DNA from: a virus
DNA: 64,000 bases
Virus record (IMG/VR): IMGVR_UViG_3300050120_000169
Location: 16,088 to 80,087 of that record
Direction: 5' to 3' (one strand)
A model generated the notes under the pieces. It searched no databases. It was not told the DNA's origin and saw nothing but the letters and a program-made list of their open reading frames with translations. Positions 38,346 to 48,956 of this stretch are shown in pieces (position 1 is the first letter of the stretch; every line of letters begins with the position of its first letter). Position numbers and translations under genes: made by a program.

Positions 38346-39239
38346 GTGACCGCTGGCTGGCTTAAAGAAGCTGTGATTGGGATGGGCACTCCACAGGTGT
38401 CGATCATCCAGCGCATCAAGGCAAATCTGGGCGGTCATACTCAACCCAGGGCCAAGGACGTGGTACACGCGTCGGACGCCACGAAGCCTAACTTTTGCCC
38501 ACGACATTGGGCGTTGCTGGATATCGAAAAGAAAAAGATCCCCGAGGAATACATATCGACGGCCTTGGCCGCCACGTTCGACGTAGGACGCGCCACGGCG
38601 GACTTGGTAACCGAGCATTGGCTAGGCGACTCGGCCATCGGTAATTGGAAATGTGCGACCTGCGGTGAGCAGCGATCCTTCTGTTCGAAACCCAAGAACG
38701 GGTGCGCAAAGCAGTTAGGATGCAACTGGCGTTATAAGGAAGTGGTATTCGAGTCCAAGGAGTACGGTGTTAGTGGATCAATTGACGTAATGGTGGACCT
38801 TGGCGCGGCGCTGGTGGCAGCGACCGAGCTAAAGATTATCAAGGTCGAGGACTTTGCCGAGATCAAACAACCGTTGGCCGAACACGTACTACGCACCCAA
38901 ATGTATTTGAAGCTGATTTCCGATAGCAATTCCGCGTACAAGAACCGGATCAACTTGCACGAGGCCCGAGTGTTTTATGCCAGCCGAGGTTACGGTAAGG
39001 CCAATTTGGATCACAATAAAGAGGTTCTGCCGTTCAAGGAATTTGTGGTCAAGCGCAACGACGAACGGGTAGTGCCGCTGCTCAAGAACGCCCAGCAGGT
39101 TATGATTTTTAGACAGACTGGGGAGATGCCAAGCGGTATCTGCACGTTACCCAGTGACAAGTACGCTAAGCACTGTACAACCTGCAAGGGCTGTTTCTCG
39201 GGCCAATACCCGGCTGCACAACCGTCTTTGGAGTTGTGA
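38346..39239 (+). CDS. Cas4-like PD-(D/E)xK exonuclease
   Basis: HAS...CPR, GSID...ELK, Q.Y and C-terminal C..C...C. Confidence 0.7.
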   Translation: MTAGWLKEAVIGMGTPQVSIIQRIKANLGGHTQPRAKDVVHASDATKPNFCPRHWALLDIEKKKIPEEYISTALAATFDVGRATADLVTEHWLGDSAIGNWKCATCGEQRSFCSKPKNGCAKQLGCNWRYKEVVFESKEYGVSGSIDVMVDLGAALVAATELKIIKVEDFAEIKQPLAEHVLRTQMYLKLISDSNSAYKNRINLHEARVFYASRGYGKANLDHNKEVLPFKEFVVKRNDERVVPLLKNAQQVMIFRQTGEMPSGICTLPSDKYAKHCTTCKGCFSGQYPAAQPSLEL

Positions 39240-39913
39240 TGGTAGTCGCGTACACGAACCACAATCCACAACCGGTGTTGGCCGTGCCTGCGCCTAAGAA
39301 AGCGATGTCAGTATTGGGTAGTAGCGCCAAGAATACAGAGTTCAACGGCAGCGACGAGTGGTACACGCCACAATTCTGTATCGACATGGCCCGGGAAGTA
39401 CTCGGACATATTGATTTAGATCCGGCGTCTAGCTTTCAGGCCAACTTTCGGGTGCACGCTGATCATTACTTCACGGCTGAAGAGGATGGACTAAGCAAAC
39501 CGTGGACACATCCATATGGAGGTGTGGCGTTACCGAGCAAAATATGGCTTAACCCGCCTAACTCGTTAATGACGCGTTTTGCCAAGAAAATCGTCACGGA
39601 GATAGAGGCCGGTCATGTTGAGTCTATGATTGTGGTCATCAACACCCGCTGCGATACCGGTTGGTTTATTGACATGTTTAAGCGCTTTGGCGGGTACTTC
39701 ACCCGGGGCCGCGTTGGGTTCGAAAAGCACAATGCAGAGACCGGAGAGCTAATAAGCAGTACGGATGGCGGTGCGCCGACCGGGCAAGTATTTTTTTATC
39801 ATGGACCTGATCGAGAAAAATTCGTATCGGTATTTAGTCGTTACGAGGGGTATTACGTGCCACCCGAATCGGTGACGCGTTTTTCCGGTAAGAAGTGGCG
39901 AGGGTCGAAATGA
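39236..39913 (+). CDS. phage DNA N6-adenine methyltransferase (catalytic motif NPPN)
   Basis: DEWYTP, IDLDPAS, DGL..W and WLNPP motifs. Confidence 0.75.
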   Translation: MMVVAYTNHNPQPVLAVPAPKKAMSVLGSSAKNTEFNGSDEWYTPQFCIDMAREVLGHIDLDPASSFQANFRVHADHYFTAEEDGLSKPWTHPYGGVALPSKIWLNPPNSLMTRFAKKIVTEIEAGHVESMIVVINTRCDTGWFIDMFKRFGGYFTRGRVGFEKHNAETGELISSTDGGAPTGQVFFYHGPDREKFVSVFSRYEGYYVPPESVTRFSGKKWRGSK

Positions 39914-40416
39914 TTGTTGTTGGCATTGATCCGAGCACCTGGGTAGGCCTAGCCAGAAGTGACGGCCATGGCGACATCATGGGCAAGTGTGTACACGTAG
40001 ATCTGGTTGGCTGGGAACGCGTGCAATTGATTGCGGAAAACGTGTACAGAACCCTGGAGGTTTGGGAGCCAGAGTTGGCGGTAATAGAAAATTATGCCCT
40101 AGGGATGAAAAAAAGCCCCGATACCCTAGTGACACTGATCGCAATCGGTACTATGATTAGATCCTCGTTGTACAACTTGAACATCCCCTGGATTGAAATT
40201 AGACCCAGTACGCTCAAGAAATGGACAACCGGTAAAGGCAATGCCAAGAAGCCACAGATGGCGGAAGCAGTGAAGAATCGGTGGGGTTACACTTCCCCCT
40301 CTGATGACATTGTAGATGCAGCGGCCCTCGCAGAAATGGGCCACATTCTTGTAGCAAATGGGTTAAAAAATCTTCCAGACGGAGTAAAACATGGACTCAG
40401 CAACTTTCAAGCGTGA
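39910..40416 (+). CDS. ruvC: RuvC-like Holliday junction resolvase
   Basis: VGIDPS, AVIE, P.TLKK..TGKGNAKK and DDIVDA motifs. Confidence 0.8.
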   Translation: MIVVGIDPSTWVGLARSDGHGDIMGKCVHVDLVGWERVQLIAENVYRTLEVWEPELAVIENYALGMKKSPDTLVTLIAIGTMIRSSLYNLNIPWIEIRPSTLKKWTTGKGNAKKPQMAEAVKNRWGYTSPSDDIVDAAALAEMGHILVANGLKNLPDGVKHGLSNFQA

Positions 40417-41113
40417 CGTATTCCGCACGGTGGGAGTGAAGACGGCTAAATTTGGGTTGCGCAACACCGCTCGATCTAACGCAGACGCGAATTTGTTTCA
40501 CGGAATTATGGGTTTGAACACCGAAGTAGGCGGTATGCTGCAAGGCCTCCAGCCTTATCTCCTGGGATTCCAGCTTAGCCCGGAACTATTGCAAAACGCG
40601 TTCTTGTCGCTGGGCGGTGTGGGCTACTATGCCGTGATGGTCGCCAAGACTCTCAAGGTCAAAGTACCCGGTGCGGGCAAGAAATCCAAGCTGAAAGACA
40701 TGACGCCCACCGAGGCGCTGCTGACCCTTGACCAGCTTGCGGGTGATCTGCTGTATGCGGCGATGGGTGTTTTCCATTCTGGCGAAGTCAGCAAGGCGGA
40801 TGCGGCAGTGGCTATTGAGCAGTTCATGAAAGTCTTGTGGCCGGTGGCTTACGACCTCGTGAGTGTGCCTATGTCTGACGTGTTCGAGAACTACGTCGAG
40901 CGGATTGCCCCGGCATACCCAGTAGGCCTATTTTCCACCAATGAGGAAATGATCGGCAATGCCAAGACGGCCATGCTTGCCGATGAAGACCAGCACATTC
41001 AGCAATACGTGGATGCGCGTAAGCAGGCACAGGCGGTTAAAAAGTCAGCCAAGTTGGCAGTGAAGCTGGCGAAAGAAGGGATGGACAAAGCCGAGAAAGC
41101 TGAAGCGGCCTAG
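40391..41113 (+). CDS. MazG-like all-helical protein (acidic motifs degenerate)
   Basis: LFHGIMGLNTEVG resembles MazG-like NTP-PPases. Confidence 0.4.
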   Translation: MDSATFKRDVFRTVGVKTAKFGLRNTARSNADANLFHGIMGLNTEVGGMLQGLQPYLLGFQLSPELLQNAFLSLGGVGYYAVMVAKTLKVKVPGAGKKSKLKDMTPTEALLTLDQLAGDLLYAAMGVFHSGEVSKADAAVAIEQFMKVLWPVAYDLVSVPMSDVFENYVERIAPAYPVGLFSTNEEMIGNAKTAMLADEDQHIQQYVDARKQAQAVKKSAKLAVKLAKEGMDKAEKAEAA

Positions 41114-41135
41114 TGCAATTGATTGCGGAAACCCT

Positions 41136-41163
41136 TTGACAAATGGGGCGCACGCGTTATAAT
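41136..41163 (+). promoter_or_regulatory. sigma70-like promoter
   Basis: TTGACA-N16-TATAAT, 8 bp after a palindrome copy. Confidence 0.8.
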
Positions 41164-41206
41164 CAATTCATAAGTTTTAATGAAACATACACAGACGGAG
41201 TATCAC

Positions 41207-42022
41207 ATGACCGACGAAGTAATGACAGACGCAGAAGAACAGCAACCCCTCGAAAAAGTTGACGTAGGGGTGAAATCCAAAGGCAAGGCCACGGGTAACA
41301 CCATCGCAGACGTGGCGGCCAAGGTCGAAGGACTGACCAAAACCAAAGCCCGCAATCGTGCCGACGAACTGGCTGAAAACATCGAAGCCAATTACTTCGA
41401 ACTGGGCGGCGTGCTGAAGGTGATCATGGATAACGGGTGGTTCGAAGGCTATGACAGCTTCCAAACCTTCGTGTTTGAACGCTATGGTTTCCAGAAGCGC
41501 AAGGCCGAGTACCTGATGGGTCTGTATGACCATCTGGTGACCAAGCAAATCCCGTGGGAAAAAGTCGCACATCTGGGTTGGACTAAGGTTGCAATCCTGG
41601 CCTCTGTACTGACGCTCGAAAACCTTGACGAATGGGTGGCACGAGCCGAAGCATCGACGGTGCTGCAATTGACGGCTATGATCAAGGCCAAACCAGAAAG
41701 CGGCGGCGAGTCCACCACCAGTGACGAGGTGGTTACGCTCAAGTACAAGTTTCACAAGGATCAGGCTGAAACGATCCAAACCGGGCTTGCCAAGGCCAAG
41801 GGCGATTTCCAGACCGAGTATGATACGGTCGCAATGGAAAACGTGTTTGCTGGCTATCTGGCAGGGCAATTCGGCGCGGCACCTTCAGCAGGGGGCGACC
41901 TCAAGGCGATCATGAAGGACGCTGGGTGGGAAGCCGTCTTGGGAGCTTTCGATGAACTGTTCCCCGAAATCAATCTGGCAGTAACGCTACCCGGTACGGA
42001 CGCCGAGCAAGCAGCGGCGTAA
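41207..42022 (+). CDS. putative DNA-binding protein (DUF3102-like N-terminal region)
   Basis: FELGGVL...SFQTFV...GFQKRKAEYLM...LGWTK. Confidence 0.5.
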   Translation: MTDEVMTDAEEQQPLEKVDVGVKSKGKATGNTIADVAAKVEGLTKTKARNRADELAENIEANYFELGGVLKVIMDNGWFEGYDSFQTFVFERYGFQKRKAEYLMGLYDHLVTKQIPWEKVAHLGWTKVAILASVLTLENLDEWVARAEASTVLQLTAMIKAKPESGGESTTSDEVVTLKYKFHKDQAETIQTGLAKAKGDFQTEYDTVAMENVFAGYLAGQFGAAPSAGGDLKAIMKDAGWEAVLGAFDELFPEINLAVTLPGTDAEQAAA

Positions 42023-42031
42023 CGCGTCTCC

Positions 42032-42104
42032 AGCACTGCTTCATTCCCCATGGGGCAGTGCTTTTCTAGCGGGAAGGCTTTTTAACCCGGCCTTCCCCTT
42101 TTTT
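42032..42104 (+). terminator. tandem intrinsic terminators
   Basis: AGCACTGC.../...GCAGTGCT+TTT and GGGAAGGC/GCCTTCCC+T-tract. Confidence 0.65.
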
Positions 42105-42627
42105 ACCTCTAAAGGAGTAGATGCCGTGTCGGTAACCATTATCCGGCCCGTTTCATCGCCCAAAACTCCGCCCGTTGCAGATCCTGCTGTACCCCACGAG
42201 TACAATATTCTTGATGCCCTTGCTGAATTGCATTCGCATAAAGGTACGCTTATGCTCGTACACCGGAGTTCACCAGAGGCTTATCAGGTGCTGGCGTACG
42301 ACAAAGACACCGGACGGGTTAAGTTGAAAGGCCCACACGGGCAATTGCTGCACCCTGTTGTGACGGCGCGTGAAGCTGCGCTATACACCCCGTTGTGGAG
42401 GTAGAACGTGAACAAAGAGCAAGTACTTCAGGAGCTAGTGGGTAAGCTGCGTGAGCTTGACCTTGATGACGGAGTGGTTGGCATCATTGCCGTCAAAGGC
42501 CGCAACGAAACCACGACCGTGCAGGCATTCAGCACGGCTCATAACAGTTTGATGGCGATTGACTACGCCCAGATCGTGCTCGATATAGCGTCGGCTATCA
42601 AACACCGAGTTCGGTCCATCGTCTAAT

Positions 42628-43092
42628 ATGCTAAGCAAAGAACAAGCAGCCAAATATATGGTACTCGCATGGCTGAAGGATTGGTCCGTGCGGCTGTACC
42701 TGGGCACAATTTACCAGACGAACATTCCAGAAGATCCAAAGCAAATCCATAAGGATTACCCTTGGATGCCAGTGTTGGAAAGTTTGTATTTCCATGGCCG
42801 AGGTCGTAAGTATTGCCGTACCTTTATTGCAATGACTTACCCAGATCTGAATAATGCCCTATGCGACGCGGCGGATAATAAGGCGCTGTTGGCTTTGGCT
42901 CCGCGCATCTTGGGCCTGAATAACAAGAATATCCAACTGCAAACGATGTTGCGGAAACCAGATTATGCTGAATGTAAGCGTAGTCAGCTTGACTTTCAGG
43001 CAAATCGGATGATGTCGGACAGCAAGCGGGAAGAACGAAAAAATGCCCTTCGTAGTAACTGGGGAACCGTTAAAGGGAAATGTAACTCATGA
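42628..43092 (+). CDS. hypothetical protein
   Basis: 154 aa; coupled to the deacetylase gene. Confidence 0.55.
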   Translation: MLSKEQAAKYMVLAWLKDWSVRLYLGTIYQTNIPEDPKQIHKDYPWMPVLESLYFHGRGRKYCRTFIAMTYPDLNNALCDAADNKALLALAPRILGLNNKNIQLQTMLRKPDYAECKRSQLDFQANRMMSDSKREERKNALRSNWGTVKGKCNS

Positions 43093-43763
43093 AAACCCTT
43101 ATTGTGTCTTGCCACCCTGATGACGAAGCGATTAGTTGCGGGGGGTTGATTCAGAACCGCTTACGGGACGGCCACAGGGTATTTGTGTTGGCGATGTGTG
43201 GCCGGTATTACCAGTACCCAGATCCCGATAAGATGAAAGAGCTACGTCAGGCCCAGCACGCTGAGCTACAGGCTAGTTTGAATGTCCTGGGTAAGAATTA
43301 TCTGGACCAGATAGCCTACGATTTTTGTGATTACTCCAATGGCGAACCCACCAAGGAGGGGTATCACAAGTGGCTGGACGTGATTGAAGACCACCTCGTA
43401 CGGGGGTACGATGAAGTGGTTATTCCAAATCCCTACGATAACCATCAAGACCACCGGCATTTGCACGAGTGCTGTAAAATCGCCCTGCGCTCGTACAACC
43501 TGGGCGCGGTTAAGCGGATCCTGATGTGGCACGCCCTAGACGGTAGCTATCAGGAACGGTCAACATGGTTCGAACCTATGACCCTCGGCCAGCTTGAAAA
43601 TAAGAAGAACGCCCTGTTGTGTTACCGCACTGAAGTACGGCCCCTGCCACACCCTAGGGCACTGGATAACCTTGATGCTCACGCACGAGTAACCGGTAGT
43701 CAGGCAGGGTTGCTGTACGCCGAGCCTTTTACCGTCTATATGATTCGTGGAGAATTAGAATGA
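43089..43763 (+). CDS. PIG-L/LmbE-family N-acetylhexosamine deacetylase
   Basis: HPDDEAISCGG and HQDH motifs; K..AL.CY..E; AEPF. Confidence 0.85.
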   Translation: MKTLIVSCHPDDEAISCGGLIQNRLRDGHRVFVLAMCGRYYQYPDPDKMKELRQAQHAELQASLNVLGKNYLDQIAYDFCDYSNGEPTKEGYHKWLDVIEDHLVRGYDEVVIPNPYDNHQDHRHLHECCKIALRSYNLGAVKRILMWHALDGSYQERSTWFEPMTLGQLENKKNALLCYRTEVRPLPHPRALDNLDAHARVTGSQAGLLYAEPFTVYMIRGELE

Positions 43764-44452
43764 AAATCGAACAAATTGATGTGAGTTTGGCGTCGGCTCA
43801 GGCATCGTCAAATTTCTTTAACGCGTTGTCGAAAGTGTACGATCTGTCGAATATGGAGGTGCTCGATGCCTTCGCCCGTAATGGGCAACTGACGGTTAGC
43901 CATTATGCCCACTGGGTAAAGGCCGTAGACTGTTGGGAGTTTTGCGATGAGCATCGGGAGGCGCTGCAATCAATTGCGGGTGTGCGTGAGGTGGTAATCG
44001 GCTGTTCGTATGACTTGTCCGATGCCGAACGTATCATGGAAGTGAGCAAGTACGACATGGTGGTAATTGATGCCCCACAAAGCTTCCATAACAGTAATCA
44101 CGGTGGTCCGATGTGTGGGCATTTGGATTTTCTGACGGACTACACCGAACACCTGTTGAAAGACCGGGCACTGGTTATGTTGTACGTCAACAAGGTGCCT
44201 TACGATCCGGCGAAGGAAGGACACCACGGGCTAGACTCGTACGAGAACTTCGATTTTGATATGTGGATGAAGCGCCGATTAGAGTTTTACGGCTGGGTGG
44301 ACATCAATGAGCAGGTTGCCTTACAGGCCTACGAGGATGTTTTTCACCGGATGGGCCGCAAGATCAAGTCGGTTTTCATGCACCCCCTGCCGGATAATGT
44401 TCCCGGCAAACCGCCTGCATTCTATATGGTGCTCGAAACGGTCAAGGTATAG
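43760..44452 (+). CDS. Rossmann-fold, SAM-dependent methyltransferase-like protein
   Basis: VLDAFARNG, VDCWE and YDMVVIDAP strand pattern. Confidence 0.5.
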   Translation: MKIEQIDVSLASAQASSNFFNALSKVYDLSNMEVLDAFARNGQLTVSHYAHWVKAVDCWEFCDEHREALQSIAGVREVVIGCSYDLSDAERIMEVSKYDMVVIDAPQSFHNSNHGGPMCGHLDFLTDYTEHLLKDRALVMLYVNKVPYDPAKEGHHGLDSYENFDFDMWMKRRLEFYGWVDINEQVALQAYEDVFHRMGRKIKSVFMHPLPDNVPGKPPAFYMVLETVKV

Positions 44453-44454
44453 AC

Positions 44455-45885
44455 ATGAAAATTCTTGTGGATCCGGTCTACACCCAGCGTGTTCGCATTT
44501 GCTCCGGCAGCTATCTTGCGTGGCAGATAGTCGAGGAAATGAGCAAGCGCCGCGAGGATGTATTTTTCTATATGATCCTGCCCGAAGAAAAAATGGAGCA
44601 GGCGGACTGGGATTGGATCAACAGTAGGCCCTACCGCGACCGAGTTACGCTGCTAGACATGTACACCAATCCGGTGGATCGGTTGAGTGAGTTGTACATG
44701 CTGCGCGATGGCTTGCATAAAATCTTGCACCCGCTTAACCGTAATACCTGGGATATCGATATTGTGGTCAGTGGCCGGATCCCGGTGTTGAAACATATGA
44801 TGATCCACAGTAGTAGACCGGGCGGTAAGCTACGTAGTGCCAGGGCGTTCTTTGGCACTGACAACATGCCCTGCCTGCCTGGACGGGACACAGTTCCGTG
44901 GCATGAGCACGCGTACGCCGACACGATTATGTCCTATGCTATGTCGGACGGAATCTTGATCAGTGGTATGTGGATGAAGAAGCTGATCGCGCACACGGCC
45001 CGTGAAGTATTGTCACCAGCTTGGCAGAAACGTGCGTTGGCAAACGTGTACGGCGCGAACCTGATCAAGCTGGAGCGGCTCAAGATGGGACGAGATTATG
45101 TTCCCGGTAAGGATTTCAATATCGGCTTTACCGGGCGCATTACCGGCACTCGGAATTTTGAGGGGGTGGCTGAGTTATTCCGTAAGCAATTCAGTTTCCC
45201 GCTTGGGCCAAACAAGGCCTGCCTTAAATTCAGTATCAGTACGAACAGTCAGTGTGTTGGGGCGGCTGACGCGGGGGAGATCGATTTTATCGACTATCAG
45301 ATGAATGACCGGGCGGCCTTTTACACATTTTTGGAGACCCAGCATCTGGTGGTCAACTTGAGTTCTACCGAGGACTTTTCGATTACCACGCACGAGACGT
45401 TGCGGCATGGCGTGCCGATGATTGTGTATGATCGGCCCTGGACTGAATTTTTAGGCCCAGACTACCCGTTCCGGGTAAAGGGTGAAACCGAGGCCTATGC
45501 ATTGATTAACGCGTTTGTGGCCGATTATCCGAAGATGTACAAGCTATTCTCGGATTGGGAAAGCACTTGGTGGAAGAACTATGTGGAAAGTCCTGAAACC
45601 AACGTGACTACCAGCGAAAAGTTGATTCAACTGATCAATGATTTCGAAATCAAGCGGGCCGAGGCATTCCTTAAGCAGGGGGCTATGGCACGGGAGCGGC
45701 TGCAATCAATTGCGGAAACCGAACTGGATTTGACCGAGATAGCCTTTGAAAGCATCCCCAAAGGCGACCGGGTAACATCGCTGGCGCTGGGGCGTGTACC
45801 TAATACCTTGGTGTGGAAAGTCATTGCATACGAACTTGGTTATACTGATACAGCTAAAACCGGCATTATGGTAAGGAAGACCTAA
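44455..45885 (+). CDS. GT-B glycosyltransferase (GT4-like)
   Basis: MKILV start, IGFTGR, SSTEDFSITTHETLRHGVP (EX7E motif). Confidence 0.7.
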   Translation: MKILVDPVYTQRVRICSGSYLAWQIVEEMSKRREDVFFYMILPEEKMEQADWDWINSRPYRDRVTLLDMYTNPVDRLSELYMLRDGLHKILHPLNRNTWDIDIVVSGRIPVLKHMMIHSSRPGGKLRSARAFFGTDNMPCLPGRDTVPWHEHAYADTIMSYAMSDGILISGMWMKKLIAHTAREVLSPAWQKRALANVYGANLIKLERLKMGRDYVPGKDFNIGFTGRITGTRNFEGVAELFRKQFSFPLGPNKACLKFSISTNSQCVGAADAGEIDFIDYQMNDRAAFYTFLETQHLVVNLSSTEDFSITTHETLRHGVPMIVYDRPWTEFLGPDYPFRVKGETEAYALINAFVADYPKMYKLFSDWESTWWKNYVESPETNVTTSEKLIQLINDFEIKRAEAFLKQGAMARERLQSIAETELDLTEIAFESIPKGDRVTSLALGRVPNTLVWKVIAYELGYTDTAKTGIMVRKT

Positions 45886-46737
45886 ATGGATGCGCTGGAA
45901 AAGACCAAAGCCCTAGGCCGTGTTTTTCTGCCGGTGGAAGCGCTTGAGCCAAATAAAGATAACCCAAACACGATGTCGGACGCAGAATTTAATATGTTGT
46001 CCGATAACATCGAGAAGACTGGGATTACCGATCCAATTTTTGTTCGGCTTATTTCGCCAGGACAGTACCGTATTGTCGGTGGACACCACCGCTGGGAAGT
46101 GGCAAAGCTCCTGGGGTTTGTTGAAGTCCCATGCACTGTGATCGATGATCCCGAGTTCGATGATGATGCAGAAAAGTATCAAATGGTGCGTATGAACGTG
46201 ATTCGAGGTCGCATGACCCCGGATAAGTTCCTTAAGTTGTACAACAGTCTCAATAAGAAGCATGGGGCTGAAATCATGGCCGAGGCCTTCGGTTTTGTTG
46301 ACGAAGAACAGTTCAAGAAGCTCACCAAGCAGATGAGCGCTACCTTACCACCGGAACTCCAAGGGGATTTTGAGAAGGCGGCCAAAGAAATCAAGACTAT
46401 CGACGGCCTCTCTAAACTACTTAACGGGATGTTCAGTAAATATGGTAATACTCTCGACTATAACTTTATGTTGCTAGATTATGGCGGGAGAGATAGTGTG
46501 TGGATTCGTATGGCAGCTTCTGAAAAGAAAAAGCTGGTGTCCTTAGGGTATAAATGTGTAGATGGGTCGGTTAGTTTGGATTCTGTGTTGAATGGGTTGA
46601 TTGACTTTTCTTTATCAGACAAAGGTAGCCAGATATTGGCTCAATTGATAAAAGAAGGGAAGAAAGTTACACTTTCGGATGGGATTGAATTACCCACTCT
46701 GGAGAATTTAGATGAGCACCCTAAAGGGCACTATTAG
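45886..46737 (+). CDS. ParB/Srx N-terminal domain protein
   Basis: LEPNKDNPN, GITDPIFV and IVGGHHRW motifs. Confidence 0.8.
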   Translation: MDALEKTKALGRVFLPVEALEPNKDNPNTMSDAEFNMLSDNIEKTGITDPIFVRLISPGQYRIVGGHHRWEVAKLLGFVEVPCTVIDDPEFDDDAEKYQMVRMNVIRGRMTPDKFLKLYNSLNKKHGAEIMAEAFGFVDEEQFKKLTKQMSATLPPELQGDFEKAAKEIKTIDGLSKLLNGMFSKYGNTLDYNFMLLDYGGRDSVWIRMAASEKKKLVSLGYKCVDGSVSLDSVLNGLIDFSLSDKGSQILAQLIKEGKKVTLSDGIELPTLENLDEHPKGHY

Positions 46738-47233
46738 AAAAGCTGGGAAGAAAGTAAGGGATTGGTTAGGTGATATTAAAGCTGTGCAATTGATTGCGGA
46801 AGGGTGCGGTGAATGTATGCCCTATACTGGTCGAGTAGATAAAAACGGGTATGGTAGATGCCCCTGGGAAGGGGTTGGAAATACTTTAACGCATCGGTTA
46901 GCCTATGCAGTGGCTCATGACTTATCACTAACAGATATCGAGGGTGTAGTGGTTCGACACACTTGTGATAACCCTCCGTGTTGTAACCCTAATCATTTAG
47001 TTGTCGGGACACACGGGGATAATTGCAAAGATAAAATTATTCGCGGAAGACTTCCGGTTGGAGAAGACGCAGGTCCGTCTAAATTGACCGAAGCCCAAGT
47101 TAGAGAAATTAAAACTAGATTATTGGGCGGAGAACGTGGCAAAGTGTTAGCAAAAGAGTTTGGCGTCCACGTGATGACGATTAGTGATATCAAGCGTGGG
47201 GCCACATGGAGGCATGTAAATGTCCAAGTTTAA
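46712..47233 (+). mobile_element. HNH homing endonuclease
   Basis: GYG...THRLAY...VRHTCDNPPCCNPNHL..GT...N plus an HTH. Confidence 0.85.
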
Positions 47234-47702
47234 GCGTATCGAAGAACTGCCTGCCACAGTGCTATTGGATGTGCGGGCGGGTATATACGAGCCGATAATC
47301 CTGGCCCAGTACTTGCAAAAGCAGGGGTATTTTACTGACGTAGCCGAGGCTACCTTGACCCAATTAGTTGGGGCTTATCGCAAAAGTTTGAAGATCCCCG
47401 AGGGGACTTCCGAAGACTCGGTGCCTGACGAGTTCAACCCCCTGGCAGAAATCCTGGCAGTAGCCAAACAGCAGAAAGAACGCGTCCGGCTGGCAGTGTC
47501 TAAAGAAAAAGAAATCAATATGCCGCTCGACGCCACGAACAAGGTGATTCAAGAGTACCAGCAGACATTAGCGCTCATGCAGAAGATGCAGATCGAACGT
47601 GATTTGGCAGATACTAAGGTAAAACTACCAGCGGGATCCAATAATGTGACGGCTCGTATCAAAGATATGATGCGCTGGGCGAACACGCAAGACCGAGAGT
47701 AA
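47220..47702 (+). CDS. helical protein, possibly terminase small subunit-like
   Basis: HTH-like N-terminus and coiled coil; adjacent to ParB (weak evidence). Confidence 0.3.
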   Translation: MSKFKRIEELPATVLLDVRAGIYEPIILAQYLQKQGYFTDVAEATLTQLVGAYRKSLKIPEGTSEDSVPDEFNPLAEILAVAKQQKERVRLAVSKEKEINMPLDATNKVIQEYQQTLALMQKMQIERDLADTKVKLPAGSNNVTARIKDMMRWANTQDRE

Positions 47703-47707
47703 CGGGT

Positions 47708-48325
47708 ATGAAAATTATTGCTGAGAGGCATAAGGACGGACACCGGCAGTGGTTGTGTGTCTGCTTGTGTGGTAAAGAGGGGTGGTTCAAGGCCTCCCCC
47801 GGCACTGCTGGGCCACCAGAAACTTGTAGATGCAACAAGACAGTAGTGGTAAATCCCAAGAAGGTGGGTGCCCCCAACTTCCGCCATGGAAAATCGACCA
47901 CCAGAGTCCATGTGATGTGGACTACCATGAAGCAGCGGTGCCTAAATACTCGATCTACGATCTATGCGGAATACGGTGGTAGAGGCATCAAGATTTGTGA
48001 GCGCTGGCTGTCCTTTGATAATTTTTATGCCGATATGGGGGATCCGCCAGAAGGCATGATGTTAGGGCTTTACCCTAACCCCGATGGGAATTACGAGCCG
48101 GGTAATTGCGCCTGGGTTACGCGTGCAGAGAATAAAAGAAAAGCCCATAAGTACACTATCGATGGTGTATCTAAGACACTTAAGGAGTGGGCTAAAGCAA
48201 CGGGCTTGCCGTACAGTACGTTGTACAACAGGTTGGTGATCAACAAGATGGATCCGATAAAGGCCGTTACAAAAAATCGAGCAACGGTAGAAACTAAAAC
48301 TGGTGTATCTCATAGGTGCCTATAA
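47708..48325 (+). mobile_element. HNH homing endonuclease
   Basis: WLCVCLCG, MKQRC, YGGRGIKICERW and GNYEPGNCAW motifs. Confidence 0.8.
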
Positions 48326-48633
48326 TGAGTCTGACCAATGACCCTAATGATCCTGGCCTAAAAAAGATTGGACCAGACAATTTACAAGAAAAGTACCTCG
48401 TATTGTCCGAGGAAGAACGGGCGAAAGGCTTCGTTCGCCCTTACCGCGACGCATACCGGCATGACGTGTGCGGGGCTGTGACCGTGATGGGACGTGCCCT
48501 GTCGGAGACTTATGCCCGGGATCCCTATTTTTACAGCGGTACTTATTGTGTGCGATGCAAGAACCATTATCCGGTGGGTGAATTCCACTGGTATGAGTTC
48601 GACGGCACCGAGGGACCGACGCTAGGTGAGTAA
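48325..48633 (+). CDS. hypothetical zinc-binding protein
   Basis: H..CG...C..C..H motif. Confidence 0.6.
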   Translation: MSLTNDPNDPGLKKIGPDNLQEKYLVLSEEERAKGFVRPYRDAYRHDVCGAVTVMGRALSETYARDPYFYSGTYCVRCKNHYPVGEFHWYEFDGTEGPTLGE

Positions 48634-48928
48634 TATGTCATGCGGCTGGCAAGTAAGAACACCATCCCCTATAATTAAACAGTTGTCCGGGGGGTGGGCC
48701 ATGACCGAAGATGAGCTACAAAAAGAGATTCGGGTATTGGATTTGCTACCGCCATGGCAGAGAAAGGTGTACCTAGAAGAAGTACAAAAAGCCAGAGGCG
48801 TTGCTGTGGCAAACCGCATGAGATTGGCTCTGGTGGAGTACTGGAAGTCTCAGCGGTAAAGATTGACGCAATCAATTGCGGAGTGGCTGTGATCGAAATC
48901 TTTTTACGTTAGACTTTCAAATACTTCT

Positions 48929-48956
48929 TTGACAAACGTAGAGATTGCGCTATAGT
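48929..48956 (+). promoter_or_regulatory. sigma70-like promoter
   Basis: TTGACA-N16-TATAGT. Confidence 0.75.

Noticed and set aside
38346-39239. CRISPR-associated Cas4
   Set aside because: No array or other cas genes are present; solo Cas4-like nucleases are common in phage recombination modules.
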